Origin: Tubiluchus corallicola
Taxonomy: Eukaryota; Animalia; Priapulida
Assembly: GCA_030141605.1 (NCBI GenBank)
Contig: JAQGDQ010000033.1
Coordinates: forward strand, 248,001 to 312,000
Direction: 5' to 3'
Length of the DNA stretch: 64,000 nt
This document shows positions 11,661 to 24,158 of this stretch, piece by piece. Every line of letters starts with the position of its first letter. The stretch's first letter is position 1. The notes beneath the pieces are model-generated. The model was not told the origin of the DNA, did not search any database, and was given only the letters and a program-made list of their open reading frames with translations. A program made the position numbers and the translations under genes.

Positions 11661-13999
11661 AAACCATTGTACAGAACAAAGACTCACAACATGATTGTAT
11701 CATGTTATTATTCTCAGGCACAATATTATTCACTTGCACAAGCTATAACTAGTAACTACTAGATTATTGAAAGTCTAAGTTTTACTAATAACTGCAAGAT
11801 TATTCATTGTTTTATGAGGTTTGACAATGGCAACGAAAACACTAGTTGCCCAATTTTGCAAGCACCAATTAACAATCTTTTGTCTTCTTTTCCTAATTGT
11901 ATAAAGGTGAAAGAGCTAGCATTTTCTTTACCTTTACTAATGAATTTAGTTATAGCATTCAATACAGTCTATACACATTGTTAATTTTTGTAGTTAACCT
12001 GTAATTGAGAGATACGATTCTATATAAGTTGTTAAACACTTTGGTGGCTGGAATTAATTTGTGGCCTATATGTTTCTGGCCGTACAGATGTTATTAGTTA
12101 TATTATAACAATGAGAAAAGATAGAATAGTATTTAAGTGAGTTTGATTATCGGTTAATGCAACAGAGGTAGATTTGTTTATAAATTAGAAATTGAAACGT
12201 ACGCTATCATTTGTGAGTTATATGCGGGTAGGTATGTTTGCAAAAAGCAAGTTTTACTTCTCACCAAACATCATATATTATAACGAGAATAGAAGAGGTA
12301 GCACAGCAATCATGAAAATATTTAGTAACTTTCATTAATTGCCATACGGTCTTAATCAGTGAATCAGTTAACTGACTGCTAATTTTCAATAAGCTAAGCA
12401 AATGACTTTGTCTTCGCAAATGCAGTCAGTAAATTGATTTGTTTTCATCTTTTCAGTGTTTCATTTTGAATAATGATTGTTGCACATTGAAATGTTTTGC
12501 CATGAAATAGCAAAACTTATGCTCGACCGAGATTCTAGAAAAGACTTTATTTTTATATTTGTTGTTAAAATGTGTATATTTTTAAAGCACTGCAAGGAAA
12601 AGGCTTTCTGTTAGGTTTGCAGAAATTATTTATAAACCACTATATAGTGTAGGGTTGTTTGCAGCTTCTAGTTATTGATTATGCTAAACAGATATTCTTT
12701 TATCATTAAGCTATGCATATTGAAAGAAAATGTGAACGGTTTGTCAAGAAAAATCAAATCCGTCTTGCTGGGTATACCACGCAACATAAAATGCATCACT
12801 CCAAAACTTCGTGTGCAGACCAGTGTTTGATAGATCCATCTTTTTCATTTGTAAATCTGAGGAGCATTTTGAAATTTTTTTGTGCATTGTTAATAGTCCT
12901 TATTAGCAGAGATGGGATTATCAACATGTTTTGGATCTGGTATCAATAGATGTTACTGTTTTGTTTGACTCTGTAGTAGTATAATGTGAAAGCTTTAATG
13001 GTAGAGTCCTTAAATTGTATCTATATATTTCGCATGTTACTCTCAATTTTATGACATGAGCTACATGGAAAATTCTATTTTTATATTGGTCATACTATAG
13101 TCAGTTCTTAACATGCTTTGCCTGTGCACTTGCTTTGATAGTTTAATGTTGGGTATAAATTTTCAATTTTGACATTTGGAAAGCAGCATAAGCCCTACTT
13201 TTTTGACTTTTATTTTATGATTATGTACGATTACATACTTGTGATTATTTTCTATTTTAAATCAAAACGGCTGCTTTTGTGCATTGTCTTTCGCTGAACA
13301 GCATAGAGTATGATTCAGTGTAAATGCATTAAAGATTCTGACTATTTACTCAAGTGCAAATACATTTAAGATGTATGTTCTAAGCCAATTTTTGCCTGCA
13401 AACTAGTACTTGATAGAAATAAACGTGTTTATGTGTAGTCTGAGTCTCTCTCCTGCCAAGAGAGCGCTGGGGTGGAAGAAATGTTTATGTTTAAATCTGT
13501 AGAGCATATTTATAGAAGAGGTATATTATTACAGGAACGGAAGTCCACAACAAAATCAGTGTTTCTACATGTTTTAGTTGTTACCGTGCACGCCTTCTTA
13601 CGCAACAGATTAGTAAAAATTTGGGAATTTTTTGGTCAGCAAGAGTAGTTTTCAGGAAATTTGTACATTTTAAACTGACTTAAAAATGTGTAGCTATGTA
13701 AAATTTGAGTTAACCACTTGTTCAGCAATATGGATTGCAAAGTTGTAAAAATGACAGAATCTCATAATTTGATTGGTTTTTAATGGATCAGAAATTTTAA
13801 AATCACTACATCACAGTTTCAGTATTGATGGCAGCATCAATATGTGGAAATTTTACAATAGAAGGTTTGCTAAATTACAGTTACTAATTTAATTATTGTA
13901 TGTTTGGAGGCATATATTTAATACTTAAAAGTAGTGTAGAAAAATATTGGTTGTGACCCTTGTGTGCAGAATTATTGATTATAAGCCAAAAGTGATTGG

Positions 14000-14540
14000 A
14001 TTAGGTGGTTAATTGTTTATTCAAAAAAAGTAAAACGGACATAAAACCACTGAGAGAAAATAACGCGCACATCCAATCCATGCGGGGAATCTTGAATCGT
14101 GCAAGCTAGTACAGCCCACACTTGTTTATACATTAGCTTCAAAGTGCTCAGTGATAGCTCATAGCTATAATTCTTTGTTAGCTCTTAGTTTCTTGAATTA
14201 GTTGTATATTGAATTCTACGGTATGACTTGTTATTGATGCATTATAATGTACATCTTGTTAATAATACACATCTGTAGTATTTGTTATATGGGTGTGAAC
14301 TTGTGAACTAAGTATGGTGTAGCAAACAGCCTGATAATTGATAAAAAAAATAATTAGAAATATTGCACTGGCTAAATTAAATGGTTTTACCTTGTATGTG
14401 ATTTTACAGTGTACATGTATACAGTAGTTAGTGTAAATTAAGTAAGAACAAAAATTCAATGTTCAATATGACAATGAGCAATGGGAATGTAGATTCGTTT
14501 GAAATTTATATTCGCTATAATTTTATTGTCAATAGTTTAT
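14000..14540 (-). mobile_element. Possible LINE 3'-end fragment
   Basis: Minus strand reads ..FKRIYIP.. like an ORF2 terminus, followed by an AT-rich 3' UTR ending tagcttgcacgattcaaga..ttgaataaac; heavily decayed. Confidence 0.3.
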
Positions 14541-15755
14541 AAATAAATTAGTCAATTATAATTACCTCATTGTTAAATTTTATTTAATCAGTTTGCAAAT
14601 TAAAGAATTATTTCTGACAACATTTAAGCATACAAAGTGATGTCAAAAGTTAGTGTGAAGCTCATGAATTTAGCAAATATAATTTGTTTGATCGTGATAA
14701 CCAAGGTATCGGTGTAAATTTGTATGTTTTTTTTGTATGCAGAGAACAGATTAAATCTGGTAGCCTTACTAGCCTAGTGATGCTCAGTCTGTAAAAATGA
14801 ATAATTATGAAAAGTGCATCTCTCACTACTTGTGATTTTCTTGGCTTCATTGCAAAATTATTAAATAATAATAATAGTTATGAAAGAAAATAGTATGCTG
14901 AGGAAACCGGAATTTCTAAAACGCATAAAGTTTCATTGCCATTTCTGTAAACATTTAGTTAAACTTACACAAACCACATTAACGCATTAGTCAAAGATAA
15001 TTTATAATTTTATTATGCTATGATAAAAAACAGTTTGTAGTTTTCATTAAATCATGATTTACTAAACTAAACTACTCGTATATACAAACATTTTCCAAGT
15101 TTATTACTGTGCATTATGTACACTAAAGCAACTCACAGTTATACACACTATAAATTACATTATTGAGTAACAAAGCTGGTTATAATAACAAAAAATACAT
15201 TGGGCAATTAAATATCATTTGCTTAGCATTAAATAAACAGTAATAAGTGACAAAAATTAAAGTGCAAGTAAATGGGATAAGTAGTCAAGGAGAGGTCAAC
15301 AAATTGAAATATAAGCAGTTTCGCGTTTACTCTGTTAGTAGCAATATCAGTTTTCTACAGAGGGCAGGTCAATTTATCAGTGGTATCTTTCACAATTTCA
15401 GACTGTTATTAAGAGAAGATAAAATTGCCGAACAATTCTACCGGAAGTTTCCTTCGGCATTTTTGAAGCTTTTCTCATCGCAAATTTGAATGTCACAGTT
15501 TCTCGTAATTTACTTAAAATTATAGCAAGTTTGGGGACTTTTGAATGCCCCTCATACTGTCATACATTCACAGGTGACACGTTCACATATAATTATCATT
15601 TATGCACACTCACGTAAAACCTAGAATTAATGTGGCTGTAAAAGAGCAAATGTTTAACTTTGCAGTGTTTTTCCATTATGCATATCTGTTCACCATGTCA
15701 CTTAATTACCAATTTACATCGTGCTCATGTGTATTACATTAAAAACTATACAGCC

Positions 15756-15983
15756 TCAGAAGTTTACTAATCTCTTTACAGCTTCCAGGCATCTCCATTT
15801 ATCTGGGTTATAAAATGGTTCGAAAATGAGTGGGAAAGGTGTGTCATGCCCGCATACTCTTTCTATTGGGGCTTCCAAATTGAGAAAGCAATCCTTTTGT
15901 ATAGATGCCGAGATTTCTGCTCCAAAACCACTAGTTAAAGGAGCTTCATGCGACACGAGCAATCGACCTGTTTTGCACACAGA
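15756..15983 (-). CDS. BCKDHB: Branched-chain 2-oxoacid dehydrogenase E1 beta, exon 8 (last)
   Basis: [24 protein letters not shown]...[17 protein letters not shown]..stop; tttcag acceptor. Confidence 0.96.
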   Translation of the reverse strand, partial: SVCKTGRLLVSHEAPLTSGFGAEISASIQKDCFLNLEAPIERVCGHDTPFPLIFEPFYNPDKWRCLEAVKRLVNF

Positions 15984-16062
15984 CTGAAAAAAATTTATAA
16001 GTTGCAATATACATATGGAAATTACATTTAGTTAACTAAGCATCAGTGGTATGATTGAGTTC

Positions 16063-16904
16063 TCACTGACTGAGTCAGCCTCCCGTAGGCAAATGTGAGT
16101 TGATCGAGTTAGAGTCCTTTACTTTTATTAATTTTAAAATAAATATAACTCATAAACACAACACACGTGAGACCTATTTCTATTGTCTAAGGTAACAATT
16201 TGTAAAATAATTACACTACTTTTTATAAAATTATTGCATTTCAGTCATTTTGAGAAATGTATTCATCTTTCCGACACGAGATAATAACACTGATTAAGAC
16301 AAATGTTTTGAAAGAGCGAAATAACTCTTAAATGAGAGGTTTAAAATCTCAACAGCTTGGCATCTCTGTAATCTGACGAATTTAGTTAGCCAGTTAGTTA
16401 ATAGTTTTTAATTATCATTTACTCACATTAGCTACAGTTTCTAAATCCCAGGGCAACAATGTCTTCAAGTCTATAACTTCTCACTGACTCACTGACTGAG
16501 TCAGCCTCCCGTAGGCAAATGTGAGTTGATCGAGTTAGAGTCCTTTACTTTTATTAATTTTAAAATAAATATAACTCAAACACAACACACGTGAGACCTA
16601 TTTCTATTGTCTAAGGTAACAATTTGTAAAATAATTACACTACTTTTTATAAAATTATTGCATTTCAGTCATTTTGAGAAATGTATTCATCTTTCCGACA
16701 CGAGATAATAACACTGATTAAGACAAATGTTTTGAAAGAACGAAATAACTCTTAAATGAGAGGTTTAAAATCTCAACAGCTTGGCATCTCTGTAATCTGA
16801 CGAATTTAGTTAGCCAGTTAGTTAATAGTTTTTAATTATCATTTACTCACATTAGCTACAGTTTCTAAATCCCAGGGCAACAATGTCTTCAAGTCTATAA
16901 CTTC
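16063..16904. repeat. Near-perfect ~420-bp tandem duplication (16063-16480 / 16489-16904)
   Basis: The two copies differ at only a few positions; the junction carries an extra tcactgac; the duplicated unit includes the 3' 54 nt of BCKDHB exon 7 and its donor. Confidence 0.95.
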
Positions 16905-16996
16905 GCATGATACACTCATCTTCTCCTGTGCCAGTTTCGCTACTTCTCGCAACACATGCACTTGGGTTCCCCAACCAACCATTGTTACATCAGTGC
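16851..16996 (-). CDS. BCKDHB: BCKDHB exon 7
   Basis: [48 protein letters not shown]; caacag / gtgagt boundaries. Confidence 0.95.
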
Positions 16997-17329
16997 CTGT
17001 TGGTACAATCCACAAAAATTAATCATGCCAGCATCTTGGTGACTGGTTCATTTCTGCCAAATGTAAAATATGTAATATTTAACATATATATAATATACAC
17101 ATATACTACACATAGTTTTTTGCTCATTTCAAAAATTTTTTTAGTAAGTATACTAAAAAAATTCTGATACAGGCAAAAACGTTTTCAAGCAATGCTTTTT
17201 AAAGAATGCTTTTTAATCAATAAAGCGATCTTGAAAAATCTCAACGAATTTTTAGAGTATTATAAACACACAACAATATTATATGGATCATTTTGTTTTT
17301 TTAAATCAGTCAGTAATCAGACAGCAAAA

Positions 17330-18260
17330 GGTCCTCCTTCTTTCACAAACCTTGACGCAAATGAACACCACAACAAAAATTGCAGCAGGAATCTTCCTGA
17401 ACTAGAAAGAAACGAAAGAAACAAACTTAGCTGGTTTCCATTACAAAACGATAGCCACGTTAGATTCTTTGTGATTTGGAACGCATAGAACCAAGAGATA
17501 TGAAAAGGGTAATTCAAAGCAGAAGCACTCACTCTGCACCACGACCAGATGAAATAACATATGGAATTCTGAAAGAAGATTCCATCTTTTTATCATTTTC
17601 TGACAACAGTGTGCACAAACATTTTGCAAACCAGTACCATACCTGACTTGTTAGGTTAAGCCACGTGAACTTGGCACAATGATCACCTTATCGAGAACCA
17701 TAGCTACAAGAGCAATTACTATTTCACCATAAGCAAGTTTACAGACAAGACAACACAAAAAGCTTTCATCCACAAAATAAGTTTCATAATAGGACACCAT
17801 CAAGTGCTCCAAAAGATCATTTCAGATGCCTGGGCAAGCAAAAAAATAGTCCATATCACATTTTTTGATCTAACATTTGGCACCACAACCTGGTTCAAAT
17901 CTCGCTTGAACATTTTATGGTACCAGACAGAGTTACACAACATATAATAAATCTGTATAAAGGCCTGTTTGGTGCAATTTCGGGTCCTAAATGGCAGAGT
18001 AGCACCTTCCGGTTTAAACGAGATGTCACCCAGTTATCCCCTTTCACCCATCATTTTTCTGGTGGTATTTAATACCATCATAGAAAAGATTTAATCATTG
18101 CAAGACAAAGGCTACAAAACTGAAAGATAGTCAAAAAGTGACTACACCATTTACAGGCGACTCTGATGATATCTCAGAATTGTCAGCATCAATGAACCCC
18201 TTGTTAAAATCATCCAAATATCGCTCACTTTCCTTGTGCTCATCTAAACCAATTGATTTA
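17330..18260 (-). mobile_element. Highly decayed transposase-like relic (possibly piggyBac/PGBD type)
   Basis: Fragments resembling QN.W.L...KKM.LL.FR and a C-terminal Cys-rich stretch on the minus strand; termini not identified. Confidence 0.25.
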
Positions 18261-18519
18261 AAACAAAACAAAACAAAGATCAGTGCGACTCACAAAACCC
18301 ACAAAAGTTCTTGGCATCTTAACATTTGCTGGGAAAGGATCTGAAATATACAAACATCTCAAACAATTCAAAACGCGTCTATATGAAATAGATCAGCTAT
18401 TCATTCGAGGTGCATATAGACTTCACATATATAGAGTTTACAGAAACCAACTTTTACCAGTATCTTAAATGTACATTATCTGTTATCTATATAGAGACAG
18501 GCATCGATAACTTAGATAA

Positions 18520-19250
18520 CATGATAAACGGTTACCATTAGAAATGGATAGGACTTTCAAAATGTGCAACTCCAGGAATTATCCATCTTAAAGATTTTGT
18601 AAATGTAAACTCTATGAAAGAACTTTTTGTAGAAGTGTAAGCCAACGCCTACGTATCATACAATGAAAGCCAACTATAGGGTCAATACTACTTTAGATTT
18701 TTGATTCCAACGTGAAATTCACCAGAAATGGAATGTATCATCCATCAAACATAGCGAACAACTATACCAGCCAGCTAAAACCCATTTGACGCAAATAAGA
18801 CAAATTATAACATTGCTTAAAGTCAAAGCAAGTAAAAGTAACTATGAAAGAAGAAATTAGGAATAAATTAGGAACAATTGTAGAACACTTGTTCAACAAG
18901 GAAACCTGAAGAAACTAACAGAATTTTCAGAAACTGGTTCTCTCAGGAAGTCATACATTTTTGGTCTGCAAGAAACATCATGCTTTTTTCAATTAATGCA
19001 GTACTACACACAAACCCAGCACATGCCAATCTTTAAGTATGACTTTGTGATGCTGCAAAGAAACCCTTCTTCAAATTTTAAACAACTGAAAAATAATAAT
19101 GGAAGGTGGCAGATACCCCTGGAGGGATAATAAGATGCTGAACTACCTACATGCATTCATTATGATTAAATCATGTTGTTTCAACAATTTCATACAAGTT
19201 AAGATCTTCTGTGACCTGGAATGGGCATTCAACTATTCCACTCTATATTA
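18520..19250 (-). mobile_element. Possible Penelope-like RT relic
   Basis: Minus strand has a frameshifted RYV..DDTF-like motif (~18735-18760), plus FHV..KNLK and YVGVGLHF fragments. Confidence 0.3.
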
Positions 19251-19273
19251 TAATCACAAAAACTAATCTTGTA

Positions 19274-20562
19274 CAGTAGGCATCGCTTAATAGACTCACT
19301 TTGTGATGGACTTGATTTAACCCAATTAACCGGACAAATCTGTTAACCGACAGATGTTGTATTATTAGCACAGCGAATTATCATCTTACTGTGCACTGCA
19401 AAGTCTTTTAATAAATTTCAGAAACAAACTAATGCCTAGATTCCTAAGCAGTTATTTAGAAAAATTAATTTAAAAAGTGAATTAATAAAAAAGAAAATAA
19501 AAAAACTACTTTTCTAAATCACACAAGTCAGTTTAATTACAAAAATTTTATCAAGGTTGGTTGTTTCATTTTTTGCAAAGAACTTGGGTTGCAAAGTTCT
19601 CATAATGACAAAAACGTTGAAAATCTGTTGCTGTATAATGCACACATTCTGGTAAAATACTTAGTGCTTAGTATGTTTGAACTGTGGTTGGTGACACGTG
19701 AAGTCAAGCAGTTCTGAATCGTGTACTCGAGAACATAGCCAATAAGTGCAGTGCATTGAGAAAACTGTTTTTAGCCAGCTCTTTTGCGCTTAAATGAGAA
19801 CCTGCGTCATTGGAATCCATCGCTTCTAAAACTTTAGTTAGTATTTCTTTTCTGTAGTAAGCCTTTAATGTTTGAATAATGCCCTGATCACACTGCTGAA
19901 TGAACAATGTGGTGTTTGTTGGTAAAAACACAACTTTAATGTGTTTCAGTGACACATTGACTACATGAGCAGTGCAGTTGTCAAACAATAAAACGATGTT
20001 TCATTTTAAGCTCACATCCAATTTCACTAACCATTTATTAAACAACACACAGCTGTCATCCAAGCATTCGAGTTTGCACAGTAATCTACCAGCAACTTTG
20101 CAACACCTTATTGTACGCAGTACTTGCATCTCTTGCATAACAGCAACTGCTAACCGACCAAACGTTCTGTGAAAGGCAGCGAGAGTTTCAAAAGCAAACT
20201 GTTAGACAAGTGATTAAATGTTTAGCTTCCAGAAATTCTTGGGTAACGAGGTTAATTTGAGGGTAACAAGGACAGGTGGGTCAAAACAAAACCACCAGGC
20301 TAGCATATTAGCCTGCTTACAAACAAAATGGTACTTAACCTGACTGTTTCTATGTAAAAGACATAAAAGCTTATTGGCCACACACAAATCTATTACTTTA
20401 AGCACCAAAAGCAGACATACTGAGTTCATTATGCGGAGTTACTTGAGTCTATTACAGGCAGTTTTCATATACATTTGAATAGAAGCTGCACGTATCAGGT
20501 GTTTTTGAGTCAATTAGGCGACTGATTCTATTAACCGTGAGTCTAATAAACAGTGCCTACTG
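19274..20562 (-). mobile_element. Tigger/pogo (Tc1/mariner superfamily) deletion derivative
   Basis: TA target duplication; TIRs cagtaggcatcgcttaatagactcac / gtgagtctaataaacagtgcctactg; DDE_1 remnant FDNCTAH..VVFLPTNTT..IQQCDQGIIQTLKAYYRK (19704-19988). Confidence 0.9.
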
Positions 20563-20877
20563 TAGTAGTAAGGTTAAGATTTAATTTATTTGTCTCAAAT
20601 CACACAAATTACTCAAATGAGACGGTGTGACAAATGACCATATATGGTCACCTGGAGCAACCCCAATATTAAACAGAGAACAGAATTGGCTAACTAATCT
20701 TTATCACACAATGCCTTTTGAACAAAACATAAGTGAAGCAGTATTATGCAGGTCCAACAAATATGCATCATCTGCTTAGAATTTAACAACTAAGGTTCTT
20801 AATATGACTGCTACTAAATTAACCATGTCTATTCTTTTACTTATTTAAAACTGTTTTCTTTTACTACTTTAATTATA

Positions 20878-21583
20878 TAGCAAGTCTTCTCTTAACGAAT
20901 CCCTGTTTAGAGACTTTTCGTTTTAATGGTGCTGAACATTTGACACCTTTTTCTCACTTAACGACGCACCATTTTGTTCTAAGGAGGATTTTTTTACTTT
21001 GCTCACAGTCATTTTTTATTTTATCAGCAACTTTTTTTACCTAATTTGAAGCATGAAAGCAGTACTGCATTATTCTGTTCCAAAAACGCATTAGTAACCT
21101 AAATAGTGCAATTGTTATAACGTTTTTGCTTCCCAACTGACTACATACTAAATTCTAGCCTTTGTATCAAGCGGCACCCGAGTTTAAACTTTATGTCAAG
21201 GAATTTTGTCTGTAATCAGATTAGTACTAGATGAAATTGTCTCAAGGTCGCTGCATGCTGAGTTTGGTTTTTACTACATAATGTTTCACGCGCAGTGTTT
21301 AAATCTGAGGAGAAATCGTTAACAAACCTAGCTAGATAGTGGTAAGAAAGATAGGTGTTTTCAAACAAACAGAGAGAAATTAATCAGTAGAAATATGAAT
21401 GAAACTCATAAAACGCTAAATTTATATGATTTAAGCAGCAATGATGCATAGATTTTTGGTTCTGGAGCATATCTTAATGGGTTTATGTTACTTACCAAGG
21501 AAGTTTTGGTTTTATTTAACAATATTTCGCTTAACGTCACATTTTGCAGGAACACTTTAGGTTCATTAAGCGAGGGCTTAGTG
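20878..21583. mobile_element. Tigger/pogo-type MITE
   Basis: TA-flanked degenerate TIRs tagcaagtcttctcttaacg / cattaagcgagggcttagtg with subterminal cttaacg repeats; same TIR family as 30346. Confidence 0.6.
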
Positions 21584-22024
21584 TACAACATTTTAATTAA
21601 TTTTATTCCGAATCTTATTGAGAATGCTCGTAAAGGAAAATTTTTACTTTGTGTTTTAAATTGGGTCTTACATTTTATGCTATCTTGACCAATTTATTAC
21701 AATTTGGATATGAATTTCACATGTCTTAAAATCCCATGTAACTTGTTACTAAAATTTTCCATAAATAAGATTAATAAATAATATGTATCAGCCAAACTTA
21801 ATTTTACTAGAGAATTTGTCTTCTATGCCATTTATAATTCTACACTCTGTAAAATCACAAAACTAACTTGATTGACAGGCTTGATTAGTGCATCAAATTT
21901 TAATTAAAAGATAAAAGTTTGCTCATCTCACATTCTAAACTATAAAATACTTGCTGAAAAGGTATGCTAAATGTATATCACAAAAAGGAAACACTCTCCT
22001 TTGACTATTCAAAATATTATTTAC

Positions 22025-22196
22025 CTTCCACTAAGATTTCAGCTTTGCCCAGTGGCAGCATATAATCCTTAATCGGCACCTGTTCTATAGCCGATCTGTA
22101 TAGAATCTTTGGTTCAAAGAATATGCATGGATCTGGTTCTCTGATACAAGATAGCAGAAGACCCTTGGCTTGTATTGGACCTCTTGGTATAACCAT
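22025..22196 (-). CDS. BCKDHB: BCKDHB exon 6
   Basis: [41 protein letters not shown]...AEILVE; AG/GT boundaries. Confidence 0.95.
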
Positions 22197-22235
22197 CTGA
22201 AATGAAAAAATGCAATTTTTCCAGATAAACTAAAA

Positions 22236-24015
22236 CAATCAATTGTCATAACTTTATTCAAATCCAGTGAAGCTACTAACATGAACAACTACCGACCAAT
22301 TTCTCTTCTCCCTACTTTTTCAAAGCTATTTGAATGATGTGCACATAATCAACTAGAAGCTTACAGAAATAAATATAATATATTAAATCTCAATCAATTT
22401 GGTTTTCGTAAAGGTTGTTCAACTGATCTGGTTTTAATAAGTGTTTGCAGTAAATTGATTGACAGTATAGACAAAATTACCATCACTGCCGGAGTACTTT
22501 GTGACCTTTCAAAGGCACTTGATACTGTCGATCATTCCATTTTTATTAATAAGTTGTTTCACTACGGCATTTGAGGGATTGCATCCAGCTGGCTTAGAGC
22601 GACTTAACTAATCGTTCGCAAAGCGTTAAATGCAACAATCCCTAACTGTTAACTTTGGCGTTCCACGTTCTTGGTCCATTATTGCTTCTTGTTTATATCA
22701 ATGATATTACAAATCTTCAGAACAATATGACTATAACACAATTCACTGATGATACTACAATATTTATCGATTTTTGCAAACTTTCGGTTACTAATATGAA
22801 TAATATGCTAAATAATCTTTCGATGAGCTTTAAGGCTAATAAATTGGCACTTAATTATAGTAAAACAAAATTATGTTCAAACTAAAAATAAACCCATTCC
22901 TGCAAAAAGTGCAATTTTTATTGATAATGAACCAACTGAATTAACCAAAGAGACCAAATTTCTTGGTATCATCCTCCATGAAAAGTTGGCCTGGACTCCG
23001 CACATTAACAGGATTAGTCTTAAAATATTAAAAAATGTCGGTATTATTTCCCACATCACAGCACAGTCTTTCAGGTTCATCTCATAGCGTTATATAATTC
23101 TTTGGTTCTACCTTATTTAAATTTTGCTTGTATTTTTTGGGGCTCCACTTACCCCTCAAATTTAAATCCACTTCGTACACTGCAACAAAAATTCTTGCGT
23201 AATTTTTATGGTCTTTTTAAATTTTCTACAATTTCTAAACAACACTTTAAAGATAGTAATCTATTAACAATTGATGATCTTGTTAAGTGCAATACTGCGG
23301 TATTTATGCACAAAACCCACTTTAATTTGTTTCCGCAATTTTTCATGAATCCTATAAACAAAAATATCAAACAGGATAATACTAGGTATAATGAATATTA
23401 TGTCAGATTTGCAGAACCAACATTGCTAAACATTTTATTTCTTTTGTAGGTCAAAATGTTTGGAATTCTGTTTTTTTGTAATATCAAAACAGTATCATGT
23501 CAACCTAGATTTAAGAAGGAGTGAAAACATATCTCTTAAATACATATTAGGTGGATTTGGTCTTCAGTTTCTCTTGCCATATTGTGAATATCGCATCGGT
23601 TGTCACTCACAGTCCATCCCTGTATACATAAATAACTTATCACGCTATAGCCATTTCATTGTACTTTCATCATTATCAGCTCATCGTTTTTTTTATTTTT
23701 TTAAATAATTTTCAGCTTTTTTTCTTCTCTTCTACTTACATTACTTACTTACACCATTATTTTACCTTCATGTCATCTCTTTTCATTGCACATCTCTTTA
23801 TCCTGCCCTGACACCTAAGAACACACCATGCATAGCAGCTGGGCTTTCCAAGTTCCAGCTTTTAGCTCAGCTGCATTTGTTCACTAATAATTGACTGCTT
23901 ACTTGACAAGTAATTGTAGTAATTTTTCTTTTCCGTTTGTATGTAGTATATCTTATAATGTAATTGTAATGTTTTTTTGTCTAATAAACAAATAATAATA
24001 ATAATAATAATAATA
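22236..24015 (+). mobile_element. 5'-truncated CR1/L2-group LINE, antisense within BCKDHB intron 5
   Basis: NNYRPISLLPTFSKLFE, QFGFRKG, CDLSKA.DTVDH, LGPLLLLVYIND, FTDDT, KFLG; (AAT)n tail near 23991-24015. Confidence 0.88.
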
Positions 24016-24158
24016 AAAACATTAGTAAAAACAAATGAAAAACAAATTGTATCAGCCCTGCAAAACAGTTTACTATCGCAAATTTGTATACAAAATTGGC
24101 AAAAATGTGTCACACGTATTAAACAGAATATTTCCCGATAAAAATGTATAAAATTTAA

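Noticed and set aside
16063-16904. Direct repeats as solo LTRs or a CRISPR-like array
   Set aside because: Only two adjacent copies, containing host exon sequence, with no spacers or TG..CA ends; a simple tandem duplication.
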